DNA of 64,000 nt from Candidatus Latescibacterota bacterium. Its GTDB lineage: Bacteria; Latescibacterota; CBDEFO01. The translations under genes were made by a program, and so were the position numbers. The DNA lies in the NCBI GenBank assembly GCA_965237525.1, contig CBDEFO010000008.1, positions 1,952,001 through 2,016,000 on the forward strand, given 5' to 3'. A model generated the notes under the pieces. The model searched no databases. It was not told the DNA's origin and worked only from the letters and a program-made list of their open reading frames with translations. This document shows positions 51,717 through 62,835 of the stretch, in pieces (within the stretch, counting starts at the first letter, position 1; each line of letters starts with the position of its first letter).

Positions 51717-53235
51717 AAGCCTTGTGAAAAACCCTTAGATTCAGAAAGTAGTATAGAACAAGCATTGATAAAGCAGCTCCGATGTATTATATTATGTTAT
51801 TGATAATATTATACATGGAGGAAACAATGACCCCACAAGAGCAGGAACAGACAAATCCGATGTTTCACTATTTTCAGATGGAGGATTTAGTTCCCGAGGA
51901 TCATATCCTTCGTCAGATTGATGAGGCAGTTGATTTTTCATTTGTACGAGACGTTGTATCAGATTGTTATTGCCCTGACAATGGCAGACCCGGTATTGAT
52001 CCTGAATTAGTTGTTCGAATGATCCTTATTGGCTATCTGTATAATTTGAGTGAGAATCGGCTCTGTCAGGAAGTGGGGATGCATGCGGCATATCGGTTGT
52101 TTTGTCATCAGACATTTGATGATGCGGTTCCGGATAGGAGCACGATCAACAAGCTTCGCAATCACAAGTGGGCATCCAGTGGGTTGTTTGAACGGATAAT
52201 GCGTCAGGTAGTCCAGTGTTGCATAGATGTCGGTCTTGTGAGCGGTAAACACCTTAGTGTCGACGGCACTCAGATACAAGCTGATGCTTCAGTGAAAAGT
52301 ATTGAGCCGATAGAACCCCCTGTTTCTCTTGATGATTATCTCAAGGGAATCGGTTTTGAAGGTGATAAGACAAAGGGTAGGTCCGGGCATCCTCAGGATA
52401 AAGACTTTCATGGTGAAAAGTGGACGAACCAAACACACCGTTCGACTACAGACCCCGACGCGCGCTTATACAGCAAATCGAAGGGCAAAGGGGCTTTTCT
52501 CTCGTTTATGGGCCATGATCTGATCGACACAAAAAGCAGAGTAATCCTTGAGACTCAGGGCACGCAGGCGACAGGGACAGCAGAGCCCGAAAGTGCCCTT
52601 AAGATGGTAGATGACCTTGAAACATACACCATGCCCAAAGACATTCAGACACTTAGTGCCGATACCGGTTACGGTTCTGGTAATTTTATCGCTGATGTAC
52701 TTGACCGGGGAATCATACCCCATATTCCTCTGCGAGCCGATGAGAAGATTGAACCGATTCCTACATGGAAAAACAAGACAAATTCAGCACATATTCAGGC
52801 CGAACGGGATAGAAAAGTGCGAGAGGCGAAAGCCAGAAATCATGCACGGTCTATCTCATTAACAGCTGACTACAAACTCCCCCAGAGACTCCGTAAACGC
52901 AGTGAACATATCTTTGCTGAAGCCAGGCAACAACACGGTATGGGACGAGCCCGTTATAGAGGACTAGCCTCACTGAATGAACAGTTGAATCTTGTTGCAA
53001 CAGTACAGAATCTCAAGAGGCTTGTATCTTTCATAAGAAGGGGGAAAGCGTCTATGTGTGCCCTGTCTGTCAAAGACAGTGCATCCTGTTCTTCAAACAG
53101 CTCCTGTTCCTTGCTGACCAGAACTCTGATAAGACTATTTTGCTTATTCCACAGCAAAACGATACGATATGCTACTCTTTGACCCATAATCGGCGCTTCA
53201 GACGCTGCCTGGGACATAACTATTTCACAAGGCTT
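51717..53235 (+). mobile_element. IS1182-family element, copy 2
   Basis: Same IRs; TSD ttag overlapping the stop codon of 53236-53520; transposase 51827-53182. Confidence 0.95.
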
Positions 53236-53520
53236 TTAGACTGACACATCTTCAATCTTATCGAGGAAATATATGTCGGGCTGATCGGAGACACCGGCGC
53301 TCTCCATCGCCTGTCGCAAATCCTCAGATTGCACAAACTGGCGAGCCTTCTCCAGATCATCCCACTCAAACAGTCCCACAACCTCATTAGGGTCATCGGA
53401 ACTGCGGAAGAGTTGTCCCCCTTTGGAACCGCCGGTCTGGCGTGTCGCCGCGTGCTCATCGAATGCCCGCTTCCACTTGGCGTAATCTTCGACTTTATGA
53501 CGGACAAGTAAGTATGGCAT
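53236..53520 (-). CDS. Small 'cyclase'/ABM-like dimeric alpha-beta barrel protein
   Basis: VRHKVEDYAKWK..FD, DDPNEV, AMESAGV..P; RBS aggaggt. Confidence 0.85.
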   Translation of the reverse strand: MPYLLVRHKVEDYAKWKRAFDEHAATRQTGGSKGGQLFRSSDDPNEVVGLFEWDDLEKARQFVQSEDLRQAMESAGVSDQPDIYFLDKIEDVSV

Positions 53521-53795
53521 ACTGTATCACCTCCTTTTTGTAGATATTCTGATAACTACAGTACAGTTTCTTCACGATATACAAATCTTTAACGGTTGTC
53601 AACAAAACAACTTTCCTCAATAGACAAGAAAGCGGCGGAAACCGTGACAGCTCACCTAACTAAGAAAAAAACGGTCTCTCACGAATCAACACTTCCCTTT
53701 AACCCTTTTAATATGGATAAATAGGGTGAACACATAGCTTCAGTTCTACTGAATAAGCGAAAACGGTGGCATTTAGTTTAGTGAGTCTTGTGCCA

Positions 53796-54476
53796 CTATT
53801 CACATTTCGCGACTACAATCTCAGGTTTTACAGAGACTCCATTTCGGACCGAGTCGGACACGGGCGAGTACTTATAGCCCAACTTGGCGATCTTTCGTAA
53901 GGTCTCCTCATCCGCATCACCAGCGATGGTAATTTTGGCTCGCAATTCAGAGATCCCCGGCCGAACCTTCGGATCTAATGCGAACAGGCCGTGCAAATCC
54001 AGATCGCTTTCTAGAGCTACATCGAATTGGTCGAGCTTGACTCCCATCAACGCGGCGTTGGCGTTGCCTGCAGCAATGATGCACGTAGCAAGTGCATACA
54101 TAAGTTCTTCTACAGCGCCGGGTGCCGCATCCGTCCCGCTCAGTTCAGCAGCTTCATCGCCCAAAAGGACAAATTGGCGCTCGGTCTGATGATGCATCGT
54201 GCCATCGATCTTGTAGCCGGTAAAGGTGGTGAAGCTTCGCATACCGTCCTGCCACTTGGAGTTAGAAAAGAAGGTTACACGACCGGAATCAGGATCGCCC
54301 TTCAGCTGCTCAATCAGACCACCTAATGCTTTTGTGTTTAAGCCATTGACTATCTCGGCTTTCCCTTCGCCACCCGCATCTGCAGGGGGTGTGTCCCCTA
54401 TATTAATGATCAGGACTCCCAAAAGGACAACAGTTGCCCCGAGGATGCCCCAAACAGAGACTTGACGTGCTTTCAT
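53796..54476 (-). CDS. OsmC-like protein with N-terminal signal/anchor
   Basis: DE..ELSGTDAAP..VE, ALATC, DLDLHGLF, SPVSD; start at MKARQV after gggagg. Confidence 0.85.
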   Translation of the reverse strand: MKARQVSVWGILGATVVLLGVLIINIGDTPPADAGGEGKAEIVNGLNTKALGGLIEQLKGDPDSGRVTFFSNSKWQDGMRSFTTFTGYKIDGTMHHQTERQFVLLGDEAAELSGTDAAPGAVEELMYALATCIIAAGNANAALMGVKLDQFDVALESDLDLHGLFALDPKVRPGISELRAKITIAGDADEETLRKIAKLGYKYSPVSDSVRNGVSVKPEIVVAKCE

Positions 54477-54569
54477 TTTTGCCTCCCTCCTGGCGCCACC
54501 GTTTCGCTTAATCGTTAATGCGACGTGCTTCATATTAACGGGACATAATATACAAAAGAAGCGGCTTAA

Positions 54570-56088
54570 AAGCCTTGTGAAATAGTTATGTCCCAGGCAG
54601 CGTCTGAAGCGCCGATTATGGGTCAAAGAGTAGCATATCGTATCGTTTTGCTGTGGAATAAGCAAAATAGTCTTATCAGAGTTCTGGTCAGCAAGGAATA
54701 GGAGCTGTTTGAAGAACAGGATGCACTGTCTTTGACAGACAGGGCACACATAGACGCTTTCCCCCTTCTTATGAAAGATACAAGCCTCTTGAGATTCTGT
54801 ACTGTTGCAACAAGATTCAACTGTTCATTCAGTGAGGCTGGTCCTCTGTAACGGGATCGTCCCATACCGTGTTGTTGCCTGGCTTCAGCAAAGATATGTT
54901 CACTGCGTTTACGGAGTCTCCGGGAGAGTTTGTAGTCAGCTGTTAATGAGATAGACCGTGCATGATTTCTGGCTTTCGCCTCTCGCACTTTTCTATCCCG
55001 TTCGGCCTGAATATGTGCTGAATTTGTCTTGTTTTTCCATGTAGGAATCGGTTCAATCTTCTCATCGGCTCGCAGAGGAATATGGGGTATGATTCCCCGG
55101 TCAAGTACATCAGCGATAAAATTACCAGAACCGTAACCGGTATCGGCACTAAGTGTCTGAATGTCTTTGGGCATGGTGTATGTTTCAAGGTCATCTACCA
55201 TCTTAAGGGCACTTTCGGGCTCTGCTGTCCCTGTCGCCTGCGTGCCCTGAGTCTCAAGGATTACTCTGCTTTTTGTGTCGATCAGATCATGGCCCATAAA
55301 CGAGAGAAAAGCCCCTTTGCCCTTCGATTTGCTGTATAAGCGCGCGTCGGGGTCTGTAGTCGAACGGTGTGTTTGGTTCGTCCACTTTTCACCATGAAAG
55401 TCTTTATCCTGAGGATGCCCGGACCTACCCTTTGTCTTATCACCTTCAAAACCGATTCCCTTGAGATAATCATCAAGAGAAACAGGGGGTTCTATCGGCT
55501 CAATACTTTTCACTGAAGCATCAGCTTGTATCTGAGTGCCGTCGACACTAAGGTGTTTACCGCTCACAACACCGACATCTATGCAACACTGGACTACCTG
55601 ACGCATTATCCGTTCAAACAACCCACTGGATGCCCACTTGTGATTGCGAAGCTTGTTGATCGTGCTCCTATCCGGAACCGCATCATCAAATGTCTGATGA
55701 CAAAACAACCGATATGCCGCATGCATCCCCACTTCCTGACAGAGCCGATTCTCACTCAAATTATACAGATAGCCAATAAGGATCATTCGAACAACTAATT
55801 CAGGATCAATACCGGGTCTGCCATTGTCAGGGCAATAACAATCTGATACAACGTCTCGTACAAATGAAAAATCAACTGCCTCATCAATCTGACGAAGGAT
55901 ATGATCCTCGGGAACTAAATCCTCCATCTGAAAATAGTGAAACATCGGATTTGTCTGTTCCTGCTTTTGTGGGGTCATTGTTTCCTCCATATATAATATT
56001 ATCAATAACATAATATAATACATCGGAGCTGCTTTATCAATGCTTGTTTTATACTATTTTCTGAATCTAAGGGTTTTTCACAAGGCTT
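54570..56088 (-). mobile_element. IS1182-family element, copy 3
   Basis: Same IRs; TSD ttaa; transposase 54623-55978. Confidence 0.95.
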
Positions 56089-56323
56089 TTAATGTCAATG
56101 GGTTAATTAAAACACGTGCAGATGTCGAGTTATACCCGACCTTCCCCATATCACATTCATTAGGGATTATATTTCGATACAATCTTGTTTGTGAATGAAT
56201 ATTACCACTATTACATTTCTCAACAAGCACTTTTTTCAATCAAAATATCAATTTCCTCTGAATTATCACTTTCTTTGTGTTTAAATCCTCCAATTAGAGA
56301 CGCCTCTCCATCATTTTTCCGGT

Positions 56324-56718
56324 CTAACATGGGGAATGGGCGATAGAATAGTGACGCCAGTTTGCAGGAAGGCGTGATCCGACGGAGCCGATCCCGATCA
56401 CCAGAAGGAGGATCGGCACCTCCAGATCGGGAAAAAGCGGAATCAGAAAAAGCAATAGCAACTTGACTAAAAAGAGAGGCCCATAGCCTGATAGAGCCAT
56501 TCGTAGCTGCCGTATAGCTCGATAGCCATCAGCCCCACTCCTGAAAGAACAGTGAGCAGCGACCAGAATTACAGCCGGTGCTGCTTGATCCCGAAGGCAA
56601 TCGCCCCAACAACCATGGAGAAGCCGGCGATATGGAGTGTTCTGAAGAGTATCTTCCCGACTCGCTCGCAGGGCAACTCCCTGTACGGGATTGGAAAGAA
56701 CAATCTTAGAATGTGCAC
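56324..56718 (-). pseudogene. Degraded small membrane protein gene
   Basis: ILFRTLHIAGFSMVVGAIAFG...*FWSLLTVLSGVGLMAIELYGS..., with stops and an apparent frameshift. Confidence 0.55.
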
Positions 56719-56836
56719 TATATCTTCCGCTCTAACGACAGCAGGTGAAACCTGCAGATACTGACATACTATATTAACAGATGGCGTCACATTTCAGCAA
56801 TCGTTTTGGCCATGAAGGTCGCAAGGAATCGTTATC

Positions 56837-58003
56837 TCAGGGTCGAGTGGAGAGATTCAAGAACACTGACACGTTATCGCTTTCCACATTGGACACAGTT
56901 AGGTCATTGTCGCCGTCACCATCGAAATCTGCGATGAATACTGATGTAGGATTGACTCCAGCATCGTAGTCCACCTTGGGTGCAAATGTACCGTCGCCAT
57001 TATTCATCAGCACAGACACATTATCGCTGTACCGGTTAGCCACGGCCAGGTCGTCGTCTCCATCACCATCTAAATCTGCAACGAATACTGAACTGGGACT
57101 CAGCCCGGCATCGTAGTCCACCTTGGATGCAAATGTACCGTCTCCATTATTCATCAGCACCGAGACAGTATCATCGTACTGGTCCAAGCCAAAATTAGCC
57201 ACAGTCAGGTCACTATCTCCATCTCCATCTAAATCTGAAACGAATATTGACCAGGGACCATCCCCGACGGCGTGGTCAACGGCAGGTGCAAATGTCCCGT
57301 CTCCACTATTCATCAGCACAGACACATTATCGCTTCCCACATTAGAAACAGCTACGTCGTTATCGCCATCTCCATCTAAATCTGAAATGAATACAGAACT
57401 GGGACCATCCCCGACGGCGTAGTCCACCTTGGGCGCAAATGTACCGTCTCCACTATTTAAGAGCACAGACACATTATCGCTTTCCCAATTAGCCACAGTT
57501 AGGTCATTATGTCCATCTCCATCTAAATCTGCACTGAATACAGAATGGGGGGAGTCCCCGACAGGATAGTCAATCTTGTCGGCAAACGTAGCGTCCCCAT
57601 TATTCATCAATACCGAGACAGTGGGGGGAAAGCTGTACGCGTTAGTGACAGTTAGGTCATTATCTCCATCTCCATCCAGATCTTCGGCGAATACCGAATG
57701 GGGGTAGTCCCCGACAACATAGTCAACCTTGTCCGCAAATGTACCGTCTCCATTGTTCAATAAGACCGAAAGATTATCGGTATTGCTTCCCCAGGTAACC
57801 AAAGCCAGGTCACTGTCCCCATCTCCATCTAAATCTGCGCTGCATACCGATACGGGCTGATCTCCCGCCGCATAGTTGGTCGGGGGTCCAAAAAGGGCGT
57901 GTGCACCGGGTTGCGTTCCGCTGTCTCCACCACAGGCTGCTATTAGCAGGAGCAGCGTATGGCTCAGCAGATGTGTGATACGCGAGGTGAATGGTGTTCT
58001 CAT
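56837..58003 (-). CDS. FG-GAP repeat lipoprotein (seven repeats, probable beta-propeller)
   Basis: IAAC lipobox; seven D[L/F]DGDG..DL.V units. Confidence 0.9.
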   Translation of the reverse strand: MRTPFTSRITHLLSHTLLLLIAACGGDSGTQPGAHALFGPPTNYAAGDQPVSVCSADLDGDGDSDLALVTWGSNTDNLSVLLNNGDGTFADKVDYVVGDYPHSVFAEDLDGDGDNDLTVTNAYSFPPTVSVLMNNGDATFADKIDYPVGDSPHSVFSADLDGDGHNDLTVANWESDNVSVLLNSGDGTFAPKVDYAVGDGPSSVFISDLDGDGDNDVAVSNVGSDNVSVLMNSGDGTFAPAVDHAVGDGPWSIFVSDLDGDGDSDLTVANFGLDQYDDTVSVLMNNGDGTFASKVDYDAGLSPSSVFVADLDGDGDDDLAVANRYSDNVSVLMNNGDGTFAPKVDYDAGVNPTSVFIADFDGDGDNDLTVSNVESDNVSVFLNLSTRP

Positions 58004-58254
58004 GGTGGCGTTCCTTCTTTTTCATGCGGTTCAGTGTCTCAAAGCCCGGTCGTTGCGGTACTCCCTATGATGGATCGAAAGCGGAAAAGTTCCAAAACTT
58101 TCTTATCTTGAGGCTTTTGCCTGTCCCCACGTGGTTGGTTCGGTCAATGTTGTGCCTCCGTTGTATTCCTAAAGGTATTGTTCCTTCCCGTTGGAGTGAT
58201 TATAGTGCCTTATGTTCGATCTGCGGTGCTCCTATTCATCCCTGAACCCACAGG

Positions 58255-58704
58255 TTACGTAAACAATCGGAAATTGCTTATTCTGATCTTTTCAGAGAGA
58301 TCGTTTATAACATTTCTTAATATCTTGACACCTATATCGTGGTATCTTCTGATCAGTCTCTCGAAGTTAGCGGTTTTTAAGCTCAGCACTATTGAGTGTT
58401 CTGAAGAAACTATCGTCACTGACCTTTTCCTTCCTGTGAGGGCGCTCATTTCCCCTACCAGTTGTCCGGGCTTAATTTCAGCTATGTGAAGGCCGACCTC
58501 GCCGTGAGGCGCTGTTACGCGCAGTTTACCCGACATGAGGATCAACATCTCCCCGCTGACTTCCCCGCGTTTGAATATCACCTCATCGGGATCATAGTTC
58601 TTCTGCTCACACATTCTCAGCACGACTTCTGCCTCATCCAGGGAGAGTTCGTAGAACATCGGTATTTTGTTTATCAGGTTCAGCAGTTTGAAGTCGGTTG
58701 CCAT
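58255..58704 (-). CDS. Stand-alone cyclic nucleotide-binding domain protein
   Basis: IFKRGE, ILMSGKLRV, GQLVGEMSAL...RSVTI. Confidence 0.88.
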   Translation of the reverse strand: MATDFKLLNLINKIPMFYELSLDEAEVVLRMCEQKNYDPDEVIFKRGEVSGEMLILMSGKLRVTAPHGEVGLHIAEIKPGQLVGEMSALTGRKRSVTIVSSEHSIVLSLKTANFERLIRRYHDIGVKILRNVINDLSEKIRISNFRLFT

Positions 58705-59044
58705 GTCGTGTTCTCCTTAACGCTGACGAACTGTGTGTCTATTCTTCTCTCCTTACTATAAAAGGGTACATCTACCTCTCGACACAATATGGTCTTGTGT
58801 AGTTCCGTGAACTCCCGCCTGCACAGCAGGCACTCCTGCCTTGTCCACTCCACATGTTCAAACTTGCTTCGTGCTTCCCTTCTTTTGACACTGCTGGTAT
58901 ATTTCCCCACTGGAATGTATGAAGCGATTTCTGGGCTATTATAATGACGATCTGACGCTTCGAGGACAGCTATGGAGCCTGGAAGAGGACTTCTCCGTCA
59001 GTTGGAGAATCCGGCGCCTGCGATGTCATAACCAATTCCCCCCT

Positions 59045-59347
59045 TTAAAAACCTTTCCAACTGGTAACTGCATAGTCCTTAAACTCAATTATCCTGTCAT
59101 CTGAGTAGTACCAATATTCCCACGGGCCTTCTTTCTGTATTCTAATAGGTTTACCCAAGAGCCGTCTTATCGTATCCTCAGGTGTCCCTATTCTTAGCAC
59201 CCGTTGAATAGCGTCAGGATACTGAAGACTGACAACTGTACCATCCTTATTAAACTGTTCTACCTGGTGAGAATAATACCCCCCCGTCCTGGAAATTTTG
59301 GAGAAATGTCCGAATCTGATGGTCAGGTCATGGTACTCCTCCGTGTC
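59045..59347 (-). pseudogene. 3' fragment of a paralog of the 61718-62683 lipoprotein
   Basis: 58978-59347 aligns colinearly with 61651-62020. Confidence 0.9.
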
Positions 59348-59456
59348 ATTTAGCTGATACCGAGACCGCAGGTCCCAGGACGGAAAAGAAATATAATAAA
59401 AGTGTGGATAACCTATCCATATCTATATCCACACTTTTATTTGTCTTTATTATCCC

Positions 59457-61506
59457 CTATCTTCGTTTAGGTAACTTCCCCCTACGCTTAAGCATCTTTT
59501 CATCTATCCTGCGCCTCGCCTCCTCTGCTTTGCTGCATTCAAGTTCGGCGTATATCGCTACCACAAGGCCATATTCGGAAGCGATCTCCTCCACTGGCCG
59601 CCCGGGTGGAAGGATGCCAACACGGGCGGGAGCGGCAGCAATACCACCGCTCGCACGGACATCAATCCACGCGTCAACGAGCGACTTTTGGACACCAAGC
59701 CAGGCGTGAACGAGCGACTTTTTGCCTACAGCCAGAGATTCTCCATATCTTACGTCTCCTACGTGGTAATAGCCCTCAATGTTGACTCTACCTAGAGTTC
59801 CGCCGCCGCTCTTCCTCGCGTTCCATATATTAAGTATGTCGTCTGTTCTGCGGAAGATCAGCGATATGATGTTCTCACCCCCTGTCGTACCCGCTATTCC
59901 TCCTGATGGCCAGTCCATAGGCTTACCATCAGGGCCCAATCTCTCCTGCTTCTGCCCTTCTATGTAATACTCGTGTGAATAGCAGATGGAGTGAAAGTCG
60001 GGTATTTCGTAGGCATAGCGCATTACGCTCACCCCCAAGCTCATGAGAATAATATCAATCTCGGTCTTCATAAGTGGTTCATTTGCTGCGTACCGCTTAA
60101 GGGGATAAGTATTCCCTTCGGTTTGGGCAGAGACCAAGCCGAAAAAGCACAGATAGATAGCCATCAGTGCAATACTGGTTAGGGGTTATTTATCAAATGA
60201 AATCGGTGCACCTAATTTGATCTTTGATTGATCTTGAATGATAGGTTTTCGACAATCTTTGGTTTCTGTTCTTTTTCAAAATGGATGTATAATTGTTCTT
60301 CTTTTAGGTTCCATTCAGCCAGGACAAAGTAGTTGGTGTAAGAGGAGGGAAGAGATACTTTCTCATTTAGGACATCGATAAAGGCTTTATCTGTCTGTTC
60401 TGTGTCCTGTTTGACTTGTCTGATAAAATAGGTCTTGGGAATGAAATCTTTCTCGTTTGACTTCTCTTGCTTAGGTGGACGGTAGCCGGTGTATCTCTGT
60501 GATGAAAGATTAAACCATTCTAACTTCTGATCAACTTCTTGTAAGCTTTTGAACTGAATTCTGTTCCAGAACTTCCTTGAAAATACAGAATTGTTGCCTT
60601 CTATAGATGCTTGAGAAAAGGGCCTTCTGGGAACGGCAAATATCGGAATCACTTGATTTTTCAAGAGAAACTGCATTGCTTTGCTGACATTCCTTTCACC
60701 TGAAACACTGCCAATAGTCGCCGAGCAATTGTCCACCTTAACGAAATCTGGTTTTTCAAACCTGTCAAAGAAAGACTGACACTTCTCGATAAAGTTAGTT
60801 GCTGTTTGACCGTCAACCCGCCGAAAATACCTTAACTTAGGCTCTTTCTTAAAGGAAAATCCAACGAAGTTGACCGGCTCAGTTCTGCCGGTAAGATACT
60901 TTTTACCAATAAAGTCTGATTCTAGGACTCTGCCTCCTGAAAGATAGTAAATGGTATACTCTGGATAACAAAGATAACGAGATGCACCCTTGTTTTTACC
61001 TTTCTTCCTTCTCTGGGAAAGTCCTAAATCTGAAAGCATTCTGCCGATAGTCGGCAACGACGGAGGAGGGGTGCTAGAATATCGATTCCTCCATTCTTGT
61101 TCAATAACAGTGGCTCCTGAATAGAACTGATAAGGATCGTCCTCTAAGCTATGGTAAATCTCTTTGATTCTCTGTTCGTCAACTTTAGCCAATTTTCGCC
61201 TTTTTCCTTTTGGCCAACCCCGATTATCCATGGCAAAATCCTGATCCGGAGATTTAGTCCAAGCTGTAACGAAATCATTGGAAACTCTCGCTTGTTTGAT
61301 AACTTCTCGCTTTGACATTTCTTTCTTAAAATACATCTCGTTGACTTCTTGTCTTAATACGGCCAATCTCTCTTTGTCCATAGGACTCCGTAGATTAAAG
61401 TTAAGACAATCAACTCAACTTAATCTACTAATACTCTAAACAAAGATCAAATTAGGTGCACCGATTTCATTTGATATTCAACCGTTAGGTAATAAATCCG
61501 ATTCAT
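59457..61506 (-). pseudogene. Secreted hypothetical protein interrupted in its signal peptide by the IS481-like element
   Basis: Removing the IS restores MNRIYYLTSIALMAIYLCFFGLVSAQT... in frame, with RBS aggaggag. Confidence 0.88.
60184..61483 (-). mobile_element. IS481-like (HTH plus rve DDE) insertion sequence, 1300 bp
   Basis: 43-bp IRs (60184-60226 / 61441-61483, 40/43); 6-bp TSD gttagg; ORF 60212-61381 with D(ESDF)-D(VDN)-E(SIEG); family assignment tentative. Confidence 0.85.
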
Positions 61507-61717
61507 GGTATCTCCTCCTTATCTTTTAAGTTAGCCTACCGCAACTTTGATCGAGCTCTAAACAGAGCTAGCAGGCTCAATTCTGATACCCCGTTTAAAT
61601 ACACGCTCTAACAGATCAGTGCAGTTGTCCTACATAGTTAAGCTCTCTTACCTGGAAGAGGACTTCTCCCTTAGTTGGAGAATCCGGCGCCTGCGATGTC
61701 ATATCTATTCTTTCCTT

Positions 61718-62683
61718 TTAAAATCCTTTCCAACTGGTAACTGCATAGTCCTTAAATTCAATTATCCTGTCATCTGAGTAGTACCAATATTCCCACGGGC
61801 CGTCTTTCTGTATTCTAATAGGTTCACCCAAGAGCCGTCTTATTGTATCCTCAGGTGTCCCTATTCTTAGCACCCGTTGAATATCGTCAGGATACCGAGC
61901 ACTGACAACCTTACCCTCCTTATTAAACTGTTGTTTCCACTGAGAATAATATCCATTGCCCCTGGAAATTGTGGAGAATTGTCCGAATCTGATGGTCAGG
62001 TCATGATACTCCTCCGCGTCGTGTGGCGGAAAATTAGGACGCTGGACAGGCGGAATATACCCCAAGGGTACTATCTGGATCTTGTAATCACCTTCTGGAA
62101 CTACAAAGTATTTTGTTAATTCTACATCGTGCTGAAGATACTGTGACTCATAAAGGGCTGACATCCCCTTCAAAAGGATCTTGCTCAACTCGTGATCCCA
62201 AAGCATGAAGCGCATCCTGACTGAGGAACGGCGTGCATTCTCATTGATATAGACAATTACGCGAAATCTGCCGACGGGGATTTCGACATGCGTTAGCTGC
62301 CCGGCCGTTATAGTCACACGTTCGATTGCTACTGGGTCGCGCACATTTAAGTCGGTATCAACTACTACCTTATATACTCCCGGGTCCAGAAATTCCTGAA
62401 GCCCTTTACCCTTGACAACCACCTCATCGGTGGCTTGGTCAACAACCCTGAAATCGAGCTCAGGAATACCTCCGCTGTACAAGATAAGGACCCCTTTTCC
62501 CTCCGGTATCGTTGCCGATTCATCCTTCTTGCTGTACTTCCCTGACGAAGCGCATCCCATCAACCAGGCGGCACTGACCAGAACTAATATTATAGCCCGC
62601 GCAGTCCTGAATCTGAGGTTCTGTTTCTCTACGCTCTCTGATCTCTCCACTACGGTCTGTAAGTCCGGCGTCTGTGATGTCAT
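61718..62683 (-). CDS. Lipoprotein with a C-terminal BamE/SmpA-like module
   Basis: LMGC lipobox; IGTPEDTIRRLLGEP...WEYWYY...IEF tail. Confidence 0.7.
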   Translation of the reverse strand: MTSQTPDLQTVVERSESVEKQNLRFRTARAIILVLVSAAWLMGCASSGKYSKKDESATIPEGKGVLILYSGGIPELDFRVVDQATDEVVVKGKGLQEFLDPGVYKVVVDTDLNVRDPVAIERVTITAGQLTHVEIPVGRFRVIVYINENARRSSVRMRFMLWDHELSKILLKGMSALYESQYLQHDVELTKYFVVPEGDYKIQIVPLGYIPPVQRPNFPPHDAEEYHDLTIRFGQFSTISRGNGYYSQWKQQFNKEGKVVSARYPDDIQRVLRIGTPEDTIRRLLGEPIRIQKDGPWEYWYYSDDRIIEFKDYAVTSWKGF

Positions 62684-62698
62684 ATCTATTCTTTCCTT

Positions 62699-62835
62699 TT
62701 AAAATCCTTCCCATCTGGTAACCGCATCGTCCTTAAATTCAATTCTCCTGTCATCTGAGTAGTGCCAATATTCCCACGGGCCGTTTTTCTGTATGCTAAT
62801 AGGATCACCCAAGGCGTGTCTTATTATATCCTTAA
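62699..62835 (-). pseudogene. 3' end of a tandem paralog cut by IS1182 copy 4
   Basis: DIIRHALGDPISIQKNGPWEYWHYSDDRRIEFKDDAVTRWEGF. Confidence 0.85.

Noticed and set aside
54477..54749. 91-aa N-terminal extension of the OsmC-like ORF
   Set aside because: Derived from the IS end and promoter region; the RBS supports a start at 54476.
58680..58910. Small CxxC ORF upstream of the cNMP-binding gene
   Set aside because: Overlaps the next gene, has no clear RBS and no recognisable family.
58978..62835. DGR template/variable repeat pair among the three paralog tails
   Set aside because: Differences are not restricted to adenines and there is no reverse transcriptase in the window.
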